A stretch of 63,962 bases of DNA, the filler included, from Dicyema japonicum (Eukaryota > Animalia > Dicyemida): the NCBI GenBank assembly GCA_011109175.1. It is 5 parts of 5 records of this genome, joined end to end, with 100 filler letters (N's around TTAATTAATTAA, not from the genome) between each part and the next. Parts side by side here need not be neighbours in the genome. Positions count along the whole stretch, not along the records: positions 1 to 20,459 come from RDEW01000184.1; 4 more parts are not named here. The stretch is one strand, 5' to 3'. The translations under genes were made by a program, and so were the position numbers. Shown here one piece after another: positions 1 to 11,869 of the stretch. How positions within the stretch are numbered: position 1 is the stretch's first letter; the number at the start of each line of letters is the position of its first letter. Below the pieces are notes generated by a model. It made no database searches. It was not told the origin of the DNA and saw only the letters and a program-made list of their open reading frames with translations.

Positions 1-99
1 ACTAATAGTTTGCATTTTAGTTCATTTCTCAGAATCACTGGAAACCATCTATAAATTGCCTGAATTGAACACGAAAACAGGTATTTCCAACTATTGAAT

Positions 100-800
100 G
101 TCAGTGATTGTTCCATCAGGAAAATTAATATTATCGGATGTAATACTCATCGGATATTATGAAAAAAATCCACGCAGTAATTATTCAATTTGTAGAAGAA
201 TTGACGAAATGGGAATACATGTGAAAATTAATTCATATATTAAAAAACGAAGTTTTCACTTGAAATAGATGAGTCACTATTCTGTTACATTCAAAAAAAT
301 TTTATGCCATACAAATTATATTATTCTGATGATAAACCTATTCTTACATAAGGATTACTATTCGTTAAACTATTGATGTTAGATATAACTGGAAAATAGA
401 TGTTTTTTCTTACGAAAAATTATTATGTAGAAAATAGTATTCTATTAAAAAATCTACTGTCGATAGCGACGGATGGAGGAATTATCACCTAAATAAAATA
501 AAAATCAAACGTAAATATAAACTATTATTCAAGAAATTTTTCATTTAACAAAATAAATTGAAAGTTTGTGAGGTGATATTCAACTTTAGTGAAATTAAGC
601 CTGATATTGAAATGTTGGCTAAGGTCATCAATTTCAGGACTTTTTTAATAAGACTATTAGTCAAACGAACTAAATACATGAAATTAATTAATTTAATAAT
701 ATTTTAAAAAGTTAAATTTACTCATGGAAGGTAAATTTCATAATAAGCTGCGGGAAAACAGGTTAAGAAACAGTGATATAGATTATACTACGAAATACAA
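100..800 (+). mobile_element. Degenerate hAT (Buster/SPIN/ZBED5-like) transposase remnant
   Basis: Broken frames give FSLEIDES (cf. FALQLDES) and ENSILLKNLLSIATDGG (cf. NLITCATDGA in the copy at 5208-5480). Many stops. Confidence 0.55.
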
Positions 801-2085
801 GTTGGCTCTTCATTAAGACATTTACGCTTTTATGAATTTTTTTCAGTGTATCGATGTCCTTGAAATTCAGCATTTAGGTCATAATCATTACAGAGAAAAA
901 GGGTGTTCATCAATCATGATAAAAATGTTTTGTGATTGAAGTATAACTATGTCGTTTTTTATAAATTTAAAATTTTTAACTAAAAATTGACTTATTGACT
1001 TTAAAATTTTAAAATTTTGACCATTTTTGACTTTATGACAATTTTATCTATGAATAATTTTTTAAATATGACGAATAACTCTCTTTGGATAATAATTTTA
1101 CAATAATAAAAATTTTTAATAATCTCCCTCTAAGAGATTTTTTCAAATAGTGGTATATGCTTAGAGAAATATGTTGTTTTTCGATTTTGGTAATAGAAAA
1201 AGCTTATTAACAGAAAATCTTAATTCCTCGTAAATTATTACTGAAATACAATTTTTAAATATGCTAGCTGCGTCTTCTACTGTGAAGTAAGTTTTCCCTG
1301 TTATCTCTATCGATTTATAACCCAACATTGACATAATAGGTAAACTGCTCCCTAGCTCATTGTAATAGATTACTTCTGAGCACTCTTTATAGTAAAATTC
1401 CATTTTTATCAAAATTTTTTACTTCAATAAAATTTATACAATAATATTCAGCAACTTCAAGACAAATTCCCTATTCTGCCAGGATTATTTTGGGTAGATA
1501 GCCAATTTCAATAAAATTTGTTTTTTATCCCAGAAATAAAATCTTTTTTCCAAGAATAGAATATCCTCTAAATTTTAAGAAACAGTTGTGAAGATTTTGA
1601 ACTCAAATTATATATATTCTTATATAAAACTTTAATTCTGCGATGATATCATGTATTTGTGTATATCTATATCAATTTGTAGATCAAACCAATTTTTACT
1701 AAATTTACAATAAATGCATGTAAAATTCAAAAAAGTTACCTTTGTCATAAATTTTCTACACTTTTGCATAGAAGGAAGTAACAAGATGTCCAATACCCTC
1801 AAAAAAGTTTTGTAAAAATAACGTTCAACTTATGCAAAGAAAATCATATTCGAGTAAGCAGTAGTGAACTCATTGATCCTAGAGTCGGTAGATGGAATAA
1901 AAAAATCATATTTTTACAGTTGCTCCTGTGAAATATTAATATATATGACAAATGTGTTAGTTTGAAACGTTTTTAGAAGAGATTCAATAAAAAAACAGTT
2001 GTTAGAAAATTTGTGATAGAAAATTCACCAGGATATTTTCTAAAAAATTTTTTAAGCACTCCCGGGAAATCAAAAATTATTTAGA

Positions 2086-2322
2086 TTAGTTAAGTTCCCA
2101 TTGTGCCACGTCCAGTATCCTCCCACACATCCTCTTCCATGTTCCCCTGTTCCCGGACATTGCTCGTAGTGAGTCAAGATCTTCACCATTTCGTAGAGTT
2201 TTGTTTATTCGGATTAGATCATCATTTAGTACTGAAGGCAACGTCACTCTAGGCCTGCCACGGAACAAATTGCGAGTTTTAACGGATCGATTAAAGTTTA
2301 ACGGATCATTTATAGTTTTCAT
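2086..2322 (-). mobile_element. 3' end fragment of RTE-type LINE
   Basis: FRGRPRVTLPSVLNDDLIRINKTLRNGEDLD matches the C-terminus of the copy at 23081-23281 (FRGRRCITLPETLDRDIKLVNKRLRNGDELD). Confidence 0.75.
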
Positions 2323-3528
2323 AAATTGCGAGTTTTAAAATAAACCCATTTGCTGCTGGTGGAGAGACGTCTACATTTTTAGCAAAATACCCTACTTAAC
2401 CCCCTTAACAATCATCATGTAACTATTTAAAGTATGATTGAAACATAAACGCATTTTTTCACGATTTTAAAAAAATGTGCTCAATGAGCCAGTTCCTCTA
2501 TTTTTTGTTCTATTTCCTTTTGTAAATCTTACTTCATACATTGTGCGATTTTATTGTCATTGCTTAATTTTAATGTTAATTTAATTTATGGAACCTATGA
2601 ATTTGAATGTCAAAGCGAACTTTTCGCTTTTATTAGATTAATTAAAAATTTATAATTAACCTTTAACAATGTATATAAAATATTAGATAGTGGGTTCGAT
2701 AAAGTCTCTGCATGTATTCAGAATTAATCTGGAGCCCTCAGCTAATATGGCCATAGCTGACTAACCTCAGACATTTCCCGATCTTTTGGACTACCAAGGT
2801 CCATCCTACCGATGTTCCTGAATGGTAACCTCCAAAAAATTAGAAGCCGTCTCCTAGAGGGAAGGATTTAGATGGAATACATGAATTTCTCGCGACAGGA
2901 GTAATCGAAGGAGAATGATGTTGTTAATTTATCGAGTTGTATATGCTGTGACATGACAATGGCACTAAAAAAATAGTATGATAATGTAAATTAAGCTAAT
3001 ATTAAGTTTAACTATTTTTGATTTGTATTATCTAATAAACAACCATCCGGAGGTGTTCCTCCAAGAATGGACATCCTTCAAGTCCAAACATGCGAAGACT
3101 CCTGAAAGAGTCCGGGATCACTAGATTTTTTTCATTATGGCTATGACGGTTGATCTCTGGTTCAATGAATTTAATTTAATAACAAAAATTCTAGGTAAAA
3201 AATTGTAAAACGATTTTTCGACTTCAAAAAAATAAAAATTAACTACATGGAACATAGTTTGTTTATTTGTGTGAAAAGGAGTAAGTGGTTTCTTCTTGGA
3301 AAATTTCGTTTGGTTTCTAAACTTCCTTGATTAATAGTTTGTATAATATTAACTGCTGTTCTTTGGCAAAAAAACATCAAATGATTTTTTAATTTGGTCA
3401 CACGTGCTTAATTCAATAATAATTATAGTAAATTTTAGCTTAAAGTCAATTTTAATAGGAAATAATGATTTATTTAAATTAAAATTACTATTATTAGATG
3501 AAAATAATCCAAATGTCCAGTAAAGAAT

Positions 3529-4413
3529 TCACAAGCACCAATACAGTATTGCAATTCTACAATAAGGACAAGTACTGTGGTACTGGAAGATAATACAAAT
3601 CAAACCTCTAACCACTTCTGTATGCAAACAAAGTGGTATTTGTGACCACAGTAAAGGGTTCTTGTGATATCGTTGGGGTAATAAGTTTCCATACAAATTG
3701 GACAAAAATCATTTTGATCATTGACTGTCATTTATGCCGCAACTATTCATTCCTTTTTATAACATAAACGTTAATACTTTTCCCGTAAAACAGATATCTC
3801 CAATGTGTATATAAAACGAAAATGATGATTTGTGTAATATTTTTAATTGTTATTCGTTTCAACATTATTATCAGGCTTATTGGTGGAATGAGAGATACAC
3901 AGATCAAAATGAGATGCTCAAGTATTTTTTTATTGTATATTAGCTACAGGCTACAATCTTTGTTAATCCTAGTCAGGAGAAAGTTCCTGTATCTGAATAT
4001 TTTTTAATATGCTGATATTAATAGTTTATTCCATATTTTACCGAGCCATCAAAAATCAGAAAGTCTTGTTTAACTATACACGGCCTCACAAGCAAACTAA
4101 TGAAAGCATATATAAGAGCGCTACAGGTTTTTTGTCTTTTATGGTGGACCTGTTAGATATGGATATTCAATAGCATTGCAAACACCACATTTAGAACTAA
4201 ATAAGATTCAAAGAAGAACTATTTCTAATTCTACATGGCATCCCTAATATGATTAAATCACTTTAGTTAGACAATCAAATGGAAATACTAAAGAAAGACT
4301 ATTTGTGCATATTATTGATTTTGAAATAAATACTCCTTTTGACAAATATTGTTATTGGTTTTTATAACATTTATTAATATGATTTTTATACTCAATGACT
4401 ATGTACCCGTTCA
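3529..4413 (-). CDS. RING-H2 E3 ubiquitin ligase; 3' exons firm, 5' exons unresolved and running into a gap
   Basis: Exons 3606-3724 and 3529-3582, joined across a 23-nt GT-AG intron (3583-3605), read NDQNDFCPICMETYYPNDITRTLYCGHKYHFVCIQKWLE|YHSTCPYCRIAILYWCL*, a C-C-C-H-H-C-C-C RING-H2. A probable 53-nt intron (3725-3777) links to an upstream hydrophobic exon (LEHLILICVSLIPPISLIIML...QIIIFVLYTHWRYLFYG). Not in the ORF track. Confidence 0.8.
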
Positions 4414-5029
4414 NNNNNNNNNNNNNNNNNNNNNNNNNNNNNNNNNNNNNNNNNNNNNNNNNNNNNNNNNNNNNNNNNNNNNNNNNNNNNNNNNNNNNNN
4501 NNNNNNNNNNNNNNNNNNNNNNNNNNNNNNNNNNNNNNNNNNNNNNNNNNNNNNNNNNNNNNNNNNNNNNNNNNNNNNNNNNNNNNNNNNNNNNNNNNNN
4601 NNNNNNNNNNNNNNNNNNNNNNNNNNNNNNNNNNNNNNNNNNNNNNNNNNNNNNNNNNNNNNNNNNNNNNNNNNNNNNNNNNNNNNNNNNNNNNNNNNNN
4701 NNNNNNNNNNNNNNNNNNNNNNNNNNNNNNNNNNNNNNNNNNNNNNNNNNNNNNNNNNNNNNNNNNNNNNNNNNNNNNNNNNNNNNNNNNNNNNNNNNNN
4801 NNNNNNNNNNNNNNNNNNNNNNNNNNNNNNNNNNNNNNNNNNNNNNNNNNNNNNNNNNNNNNNNNNNNNNNNNNNNNNNNNNNNNNNNNNNNNNNNNNNN
4901 NNNNNNNNNNNNNNNNNNNNNNNNNNNNNNNNNNNNNNNNNNNNNNNNNNNNNNNNNNNNNNNNNNNNNNNNNNNNNNNNNNNNNNNNNNNNNNNNNNNN
5001 NNNNNCAGTGCCTTTGGACAACCAGCGAA

Positions 5030-6241
5030 CCTAAAGAATATAAAAAACAAAAATAAACTTCAGTATGATACAAGAGTCTTAAATAATCTTCATTCCTATC
5101 TATACAAAATTTCCTAAAGATCCTATCAGATTTTGGACTTGTTTTAATTCGATTGATCGTTTTTATGACGAGATTCAGCACTTGATTTAAAAAAGCGGAG
5201 ATTTTTTTTAAACCAGATGATGGCGGTGTAATGCGCAATAAATATGAATTAAATTCTGACATTTTTGTTTCAAAAAAGACGCAAATCCTTTGTACTTCCC
5301 AACCATTGCTATTGCACCGTCCGTAGCACATGTGATTAAATTGGAAAATGGAATTTGCTTTTCTTCAAAATACGTTTTCAATACATTAAAAATTGACTCT
5401 CCGGTAGAGTCTGTTATCAATGGTCTGATAAACAAAACCTCTTCACAAAAAACTACTTGTTTGTCAAAAAATCTAAACAAAATATTATTTAAAATACTTA
5501 CCTAACATAGGCACATACCAGACATTTGTCAATCTGCAAGGAAAAAGCAGTTTTTCTAAGTATATTTTTAAAGGAATCTTCGACGCTTTCAGTCATTTCG
5601 TCAATTCGGCGACGAATCGTATCATTACTCAAAGGTAAATTTTAGGAACATAAAAATGGTCTTGTAAAATTTCAGATGGATTATGTCCCAACAAATCTTG
5701 TAAAGCAACTGCAATAGAAGCTATTATTAACGATTCACCCGAAACATGGGTAGCATTATTTTTAGCAACAATATGGGCAATTTTGTAGGATGCAAGTAAC
5801 CAATCTTGTTTTTTATATTAGGTTCATCAATCTTGTTTTTTATATTTTGAAAATATTCAAGCGAAGATCCGACTAGATTTGGATGTCTAGTCCTCAAATA
5901 GTGTGTTAATCTTGACAATTTCATAGAACTATTGGCCAAAGAATTTTTGCAGATTATGCAAAAAAAACTTAGATTTGTCTCCACTGGAAAAGATAAATCC
6001 ATATTTCAGATAATCTTTACGATAAATCCGAGGAGTACGAGAATTACCACCAGACATGTGATTGACACGAGTATTTATAGGTATCAAATGATAATGGTTA
6101 ACCATCGTAATGAACTAATTACTGATAATAAAAAATTTTTAAAAAATAATACCATGTACCAATTTTTCTCCATGCACCATTCGAGTATTTTTCTTGTACC
6201 AAAAATGGAGCACATGCACCACTCACGGTAGAGAATCACTG
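5030..6241 (-). mobile_element. hAT (Charlie/Buster/ZBED5-like) DNA transposon, 5' part with TIR, decayed
   Basis: BED-like FCIICKNSLANSSMKLSRLTHYLRTRHP (5727-6002). Catalytic region EEVLFIRPLITDSTGESIF...CATDGAIAMVG...CALHRHHL (5208-5480). Terminus CAGTGATTCTCTACCGTG ends at 6241. Confidence 0.85.
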
Positions 6242-6279
6242 ATCAAGAGGATCAGGACAGAGAGATAATTCGTTTTATT

Positions 6280-6500
6280 TCTACATCTGACATAATAAAC
6301 GAGTAAAGACTTCATCGGCAATTCATCAATGCGGAACCGTATTGTCCTAAAGACTCAAACACAAGAAACAGAAGTTAAGAGCACTAGAAGTGGATTTATT
6401 CCTGACTCGCTGTAGTGGATTTATTCCTATATTAATTTTTTTCCAAAAACCACTCTATTAATAAGCATAACCGTTCTTTTTTTAAATAAAGAGTGTGCCT
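6280..6500 (+). mobile_element. Diverged copy of SINE family A (body only)
   Basis: tgcggaacc...acacaagaaacagaag and ataaccgttctttttttaaataaagagtgtg align with the SINE copies at 14510 and 37949. Confidence 0.45.
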
Positions 6501-6689
6501 GAATAAAGAAGATTTAAGTAATGAAAAATTACTCGTTGGAAAGACTGATAAAAAAATAAAGTTAATCATTCAATTTATAATTCTCAGTGTTTTCTTCCTG
6601 ATTTTTTAAATAATTAATTTTTTTAAATAATTAATTTTTTTAAATCAAACTTTATTTAACCAAAATAAATTTATTCATATATTTAACAC

Positions 6690-6960
6690 TGCCATCCACC
6701 CAAAGTGGACCCCGCCAACATTATCGACGTTTGAATTGCCTCTCACGATTGCAACAGATATCAACTGGAGAAGCCATTGGGTATCACGTGCGTCGTGGCT
6801 CTTTAGTACAACGTTTCTTTCATTTCTTATTTGTCTCTCAGATATATTGTAGTCTCAACACGATGGAAACGAGCAATGTGCTATTCACAAGATCCTTTCA
6901 CGAGTTGTGACAAAACTCCGTCAGGGACAAGGATCATACCGAGTCGTTACCAATGATAGA
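6690..6960 (-). mobile_element. CRE-clade non-LTR retrotransposon 3' fragment
   Basis: ARDTQWLLQLISVAIVRGNS aligns with RESSWLFERISLAILRGNS in the CRE ORF at 46405-46869. Confidence 0.55.
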
Positions 6961-6989
6961 GCTCCATCATAAAACCGAAAATCACCATG

Positions 6990-7290
6990 ATATTTATTAA
7001 TTGTGAAGGAAGGCCATCAGGTGATCCCTTTTAGTGTCGATCTTATGTTCCCTTTTGGAACCCACGCATTTCCTGTATGCCCATTTCTTTGGCGATTTTT
7101 CGCGTTACAAATGTGGCACCCAACTTCCTACATGGTCATCAAACTAGGTTGCTTTAGTAATACCGCCCGTGAATCGAAAAATAGTTTTGATGCCTCTGTA
7201 CTGGGTAGAATTAGTCTTCTAAAAGTTTTATCTGTCATTTTTGTTCCCCAAGTGTCACAACCATAACTGATGGTCGATAAATTGGGCATT
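6990..7290 (-). mobile_element. RTE-clade LINE C-terminal fragment
   Basis: Frame fragments SYGCDTW (cf. YGCETW) and AT*FDDHVG (cf. LQWFGHV). Confidence 0.55.
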
Positions 7291-7456
7291 CAAGGGATCT
7301 AGCGATTAATGATCTCTGAATTTAAAAAGTTCAATTTTCATGCACTGATTACATTAAACAAATGTTTTCTAAAGTAATCACTGTATCAAAGGTTAATCCA
7401 AGAATCTTGACTGAGTTCACGTGGTTTGGGGGAATGTGCAGTAATCATAATGTATT

Positions 7457-7558
7457 TATGTTATGTTATCCAAATTAAGTCGTGTCCGACCCTTGGAGAT
7501 TTCATGAGCCAATTTTCTCCACTCTCCCGATCCGTCGCAATAATGTATATAAAAGGCT
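7457..7558 (-). mobile_element. Severely 5'-truncated BovB-like RTE insertion with 16-bp TSD
   Basis: Encodes EWRKLAHEISKGRTRLN, contains GTCGGACACGAC and ends in an (AACAT)n tail. Flanked by GTAATCATAATGTATT at 7441-7456 and 7559-7574. Confidence 0.75.
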
Positions 7559-7603
7559 GTAATCATAATGTATTATAACGAATATAAAAACAAAGAATAA
7601 CTA

Positions 7604-8809
7604 CAGTAAACCCTCATTAATCCGAAATTCAATAATCAGAATTTTTAATGAGTCAGCAAAATTTTACTTTTTCCATACAAACAAACTTCAATAAATCGTA
7701 CCTTCATAATCCGCAATCCGAAAGTCATTAATAATTTCGTATAATTTTATTTTTTTATTCTACATTTAAAATAATTTAAATTTTTAATTTAAATCTTATA
7801 GTGCCACATGATTAGAAAGATGTTAGAAATTTCTATTGCATAGAAAAAAAGTGAAATCATTATACATAAAAAATGAGTCTCAGAGAATTATCCCATATCT
7901 GTAAAATAAAAATGAACCTTTATTTGGGAATTTTGAGACTTGACAAAACTCTTAAAACAGTGAAAACAAAAAAGTTAACTTACCTATTTTGCTGAACATG
8001 GATGAAACTGGACTTTCTTTCAATCTTTCCCTTCTATAACAATTTCATATAAAGATGGAAAAGGCATAAAGCAATCGAAAGTGATGATCATTATAACTCT
8101 GTGCTAATGCAACTGAACAATAAAAATTAAACCTTTAATTATTGGGCATAGCAAAAGACTAAGGTTTAAAAGATTTTGATTTTGAAAAACATTGTTCTGT
8201 GAAAATAACCGGCTTGGAGACACCAGAACATTTTAATGTTTTCATCAGTCATCTTAGTGATGAATTAAAATGCTACGGAAAATTTTCATTTTACTGATCG
8301 ATAATGCTCCACGTTTTAACGAAATATTTTGAAATCATTGAAATTTTATTCCTTCCAAAAACACAACTGCTCATCTTTAAACGATGAACGCATGCATAAT
8401 CCAGAACTTTAAGCATTATCATAGAAAAAACTTATTTTTGATTATATGGAAGCACTTGATTTGGAAAAAGAATTTTTTGTGAATCTTCGGTAGGCCATCG
8501 TTATGGTAAAGGGGCAATTAACCGTCTTTATTAATTTGCTAATGAAGATATCATGCAAGATCTGTTTTGAATAACTACCGAAAAGAATTGGAAAAAACTT
8601 CTAATAAAGAAGAAATAACTCGAACAGAAATGCTTGACGAGAACGAAATCGCCATTCTCTGTGAAGCTTATAATGTCGACGAGGAAACTATTGATACTGA
8701 AAATGGATAGATTATTATATACGAAAATATAAATAAAATTAGTATATTTATTCTCCTCTCAATCCAAAAGGCATGCATAATTTTTGATCGGATTAATGAG
8801 AGTTTACGG
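7604..8809 (+). mobile_element. pogo/Tigger-family DNA transposon, internally deleted, both TIRs present
   Basis: Left TIR CAGTAAACCCTCATTAATCCGA; right TIR (rc) CCGTAAACTCTCATTAATCCGA; TA on both sides. Remnant DDE_1 motifs MDETGL, LCANAT, LLIDNAP. Confidence 0.85.
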
Positions 8810-9353
8810 TAATTATATATATTAAATTATAAGTGACCCACCTAATACTCACGGTTACTCCAATAATAAATGTCCGTCTTTTCTAAAAAAACAGAATTTA
8901 TAGCATGTATCTCCCAAAATAGGATAAGTATCTTGCTAATATCCAATTGTTTTTTATTTTCAGTAACTGAGTAACATTTAATTTTTATAATGTTTTCCGA
9001 CAGTTTGAATCCACCCATATTTATTTTTAATAGCCTATACATTAACTTTGAATCCACCCATATTCAATGTCATTAAATCCATCTTACTCAAAAGCCTAAA
9101 TAATCCATCTATTCATTTCGCCGAGGACAATTTCGCTCCCTTGGGACAAATTCTGGAATTGACCTCAGCTCACCAGAGAACGTTCTTTGGATCACTATGT
9201 TTGGGTGAGGATTCTTTTGGAACTTGTCAGAATTAAGGGACTAGTTTGTTTAGTTTTACTCTTCGTTTTTGAAATAATTTAATTTTTTAATAGGCAAAGC
9301 ATTTAAAAATAATGACATAAATTATTATAAATAGAAACAGGCAAGGAATTTTA

Positions 9354-10993
9354 ATGTCGATTGAATCAGAATCTCCAAATAAAGGTATTTTAATCTGAAT
9401 AAATATAGAAAAACGGTCACTCTACAAAAGACTAACAACCTTTGATGGTGTTTCCATAAATGGGAGATTAATCATTGGACTTCATATATTCACTAGTTGG
9501 GCCATTTTGTACATGCAGAGGACTAACTTTAATGTTATTGTTGCACAAATTGTGAGCATCAATGGTCCTGTCGAGGGGGTTCGGACTATTTGTGAATTTA
9601 GAAATATACATGGACACAATTAGAGAAATCTACAGCACTAATGTCCTTTTATTCAGGATATTGTTTGGTTCAAGTACCAGGGGGAGCATTGGGGGAACGA
9701 TATGGACTTAAAAAATTTTTAATGTTAGCAATCTTTTTGGCTTCCATTTCCACAATTCTGACTCCCCTTGCTATGCGACACTCCGGTTGGGCTGCTGTAG
9801 GTATAAGAATATTAGTTGGAATAGCACAAGTTCTCATCTTACATTTATTATTAGGGAATTTATCCTCCGTGCTTTCTTGTTGTCATGGCGAATTGGTACC
9901 CAGAAAATTGTCGTTCCACAGCGATAGGGTTGTGTTTTCCAGGTTTATAAATATTTTAATATTAATAGGGTCCTATGTTGGAAGCATGTTAGCAATGAGT
10001 ATTCCTTCGATAATAGCCCGACGACAAAGTGATTGGCCATTGTCATTTTACATTTTTGGTTAATAAACCATAAAATTAATTTTAAGGTGGTTTGGGAATG
10101 TTGTGGATAATTTCATTCTATATTTTCTATACTGATGACCCTAAGAATAATAAATGGACTAAGGACGACGAGAAGAAGTTTATAAGTGAAAATGTCCACA
10201 GAAAACAAAAATCAAATATACGAGTAGATTTAGTTTTCCCTAATTTTAGAAATTCCCAGTTAAGGCAGCTCTCACTTCAGCTCCGCTTCTCAGTATAGCG
10301 GTTTGCCACGCAGTCTCAGCTTGGAGTCTAAATTTGGTCATAGCTATAATCCCCTCATTAATTCTTGATTTATTTTACATTGAAGTCAAAGATGTATTCA
10401 AATTTATTATATCTAGCAAACATACATCACTTTTGTATGTCCAATATTAATATGGATGGGAGCTGTTGCTGCTTCTATAATATTTGATTATGTTCATGCT
10501 AAAAATATTGTTAAAAAAGTCACAATTCGAAAAACAATAAATGCAGCTGGTAAAACTATTTTATTCATTTTAGCATTATTCCCTACCGGACTTTTCTTTA
10601 TGTTATCCACATTGATTCCCGTAGATAAATATTATATTGGAATTGTTTTTCTGTTGCTCTCTTCTTTTTTCTGTGGTGCTGAAGTTTCTATAAGCATGCC
10701 GAACATTGGAGACATTGCTCCACAGTATTCTGGAATTCTGTTTGGAGTTGTAAATACAGTATCCACGTTTGGAGCGATTGCTACCATACAGATAGCATAT
10801 TCTATTGTAACAGATCAGGTAAAATATATTTTATATATCCACATAGCATAGGAGATCCGAATGGCAGATTGTGTTTGGAATAATGATGATTGTTCAATTT
10901 ATTGGATTTTGTATTTTCACAAAATTTGCTAGTGGAACCATTCAAGAATGGGCCATTCAGAAAGACGACCCAACAGATATCGAACTAAGCTAA
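9354..10993 (+). CDS. SLC17-family (sialin/VGLUT-like) MFS anion transporter, paralogue 1, 10 exons
   Basis: GT-AG introns at 9385-9408, 9579-9601, 9830-9854, 9943-9968, 10059-10086, 10224-10249, 10394-10416, 10550-10573 and 10819-10846 give one open frame. Motifs: YMQRTNFNV, YTWT..SFYSGY..QVPGG..GERYG, DWPLSFYIFGGLG, NIGDIAPQYSGILFG, EWQIVF, FASGTIQEWA. Confidence 0.92.
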
Positions 10994-11869
10994 TCCTTAA
11001 CCTTTATATAGCTAGTACTCAATACTAATGATAAATTCTAATATACAAATATTTTACATTTTAATGTTTAATAAATGTAAACACATATTTATAAGTAACC
11101 TGAATAATATGTTAATCTTAGTAGTGATGTAGTAATTCAATTTGAGCTGGTCGTGGCTATTTATTCTGGGAATTTATGCATTGTTGAAGGTAGAATAAAT
11201 CTACTTTGTTTACACAAAACCTCACATTTGTTAGTGGTTAGGTAATAAATGATGAATTAATATTTCCACGCCCAAAAATAAAATTCATAAGAAATTAATT
11301 TTATGTTTTGCCTTTTTGAGAAATTATGTTCAATCACATAAACGATGTGCAATTATTAATGGTGTTATTGATTGATGAGCCGAGTAGGTAATAAATCNGA
11401 TAGTATTACAGAAGTACATCAAGAATTTCATACTGATGCATAATTTACATTTTGCTTTCAATAGGAGTATTATGAATACACTCTGTGATAGTAATGAAAA
11501 AGATTTTCATATCATCTGTCTCGATAAATCACGTCAATGTAGTTCGATGTAGATTTCTTAATTATTGTTATTTATAATTAAATCTCAATATTCATAAGAA
11601 ATATGGAGGTGTTTTGATTGATGAGCCGAGTAGGTAATAAATCCGATCTGTTGTTTGCTAAGAAAACATTCGAGAGTCGAGCAAAGCAATGGAATCAAAT
11701 CTGTAGGAAAAATGTTCATCTGTATCCAATCTGTAGTTAGAACTGACGACTCAGTTTAGTAAGGACACGGACAATAATCGGATTTAAGAGACAACAGAGG
11801 AAGTAAAATATGATATTGGTAGTTATTTAACGATAGAGGGTGAGAGAATATGTATATTTTTAATGATTT

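Noticed and set aside
1161-2040. Minus-strand ORF remnants with a WQNREF motif, similar to WSNREY at 8842-9057
   Set aside because: Many stops, a weak AT-rich similarity and no consistent splice model.
4349-5331. Long ORFs made mostly of X (also at 13.0, 23.3, 26.1, 42.7, 45.5, 55.3 and 61.3 kb)
   Set aside because: They are artefacts of translating through N gaps.
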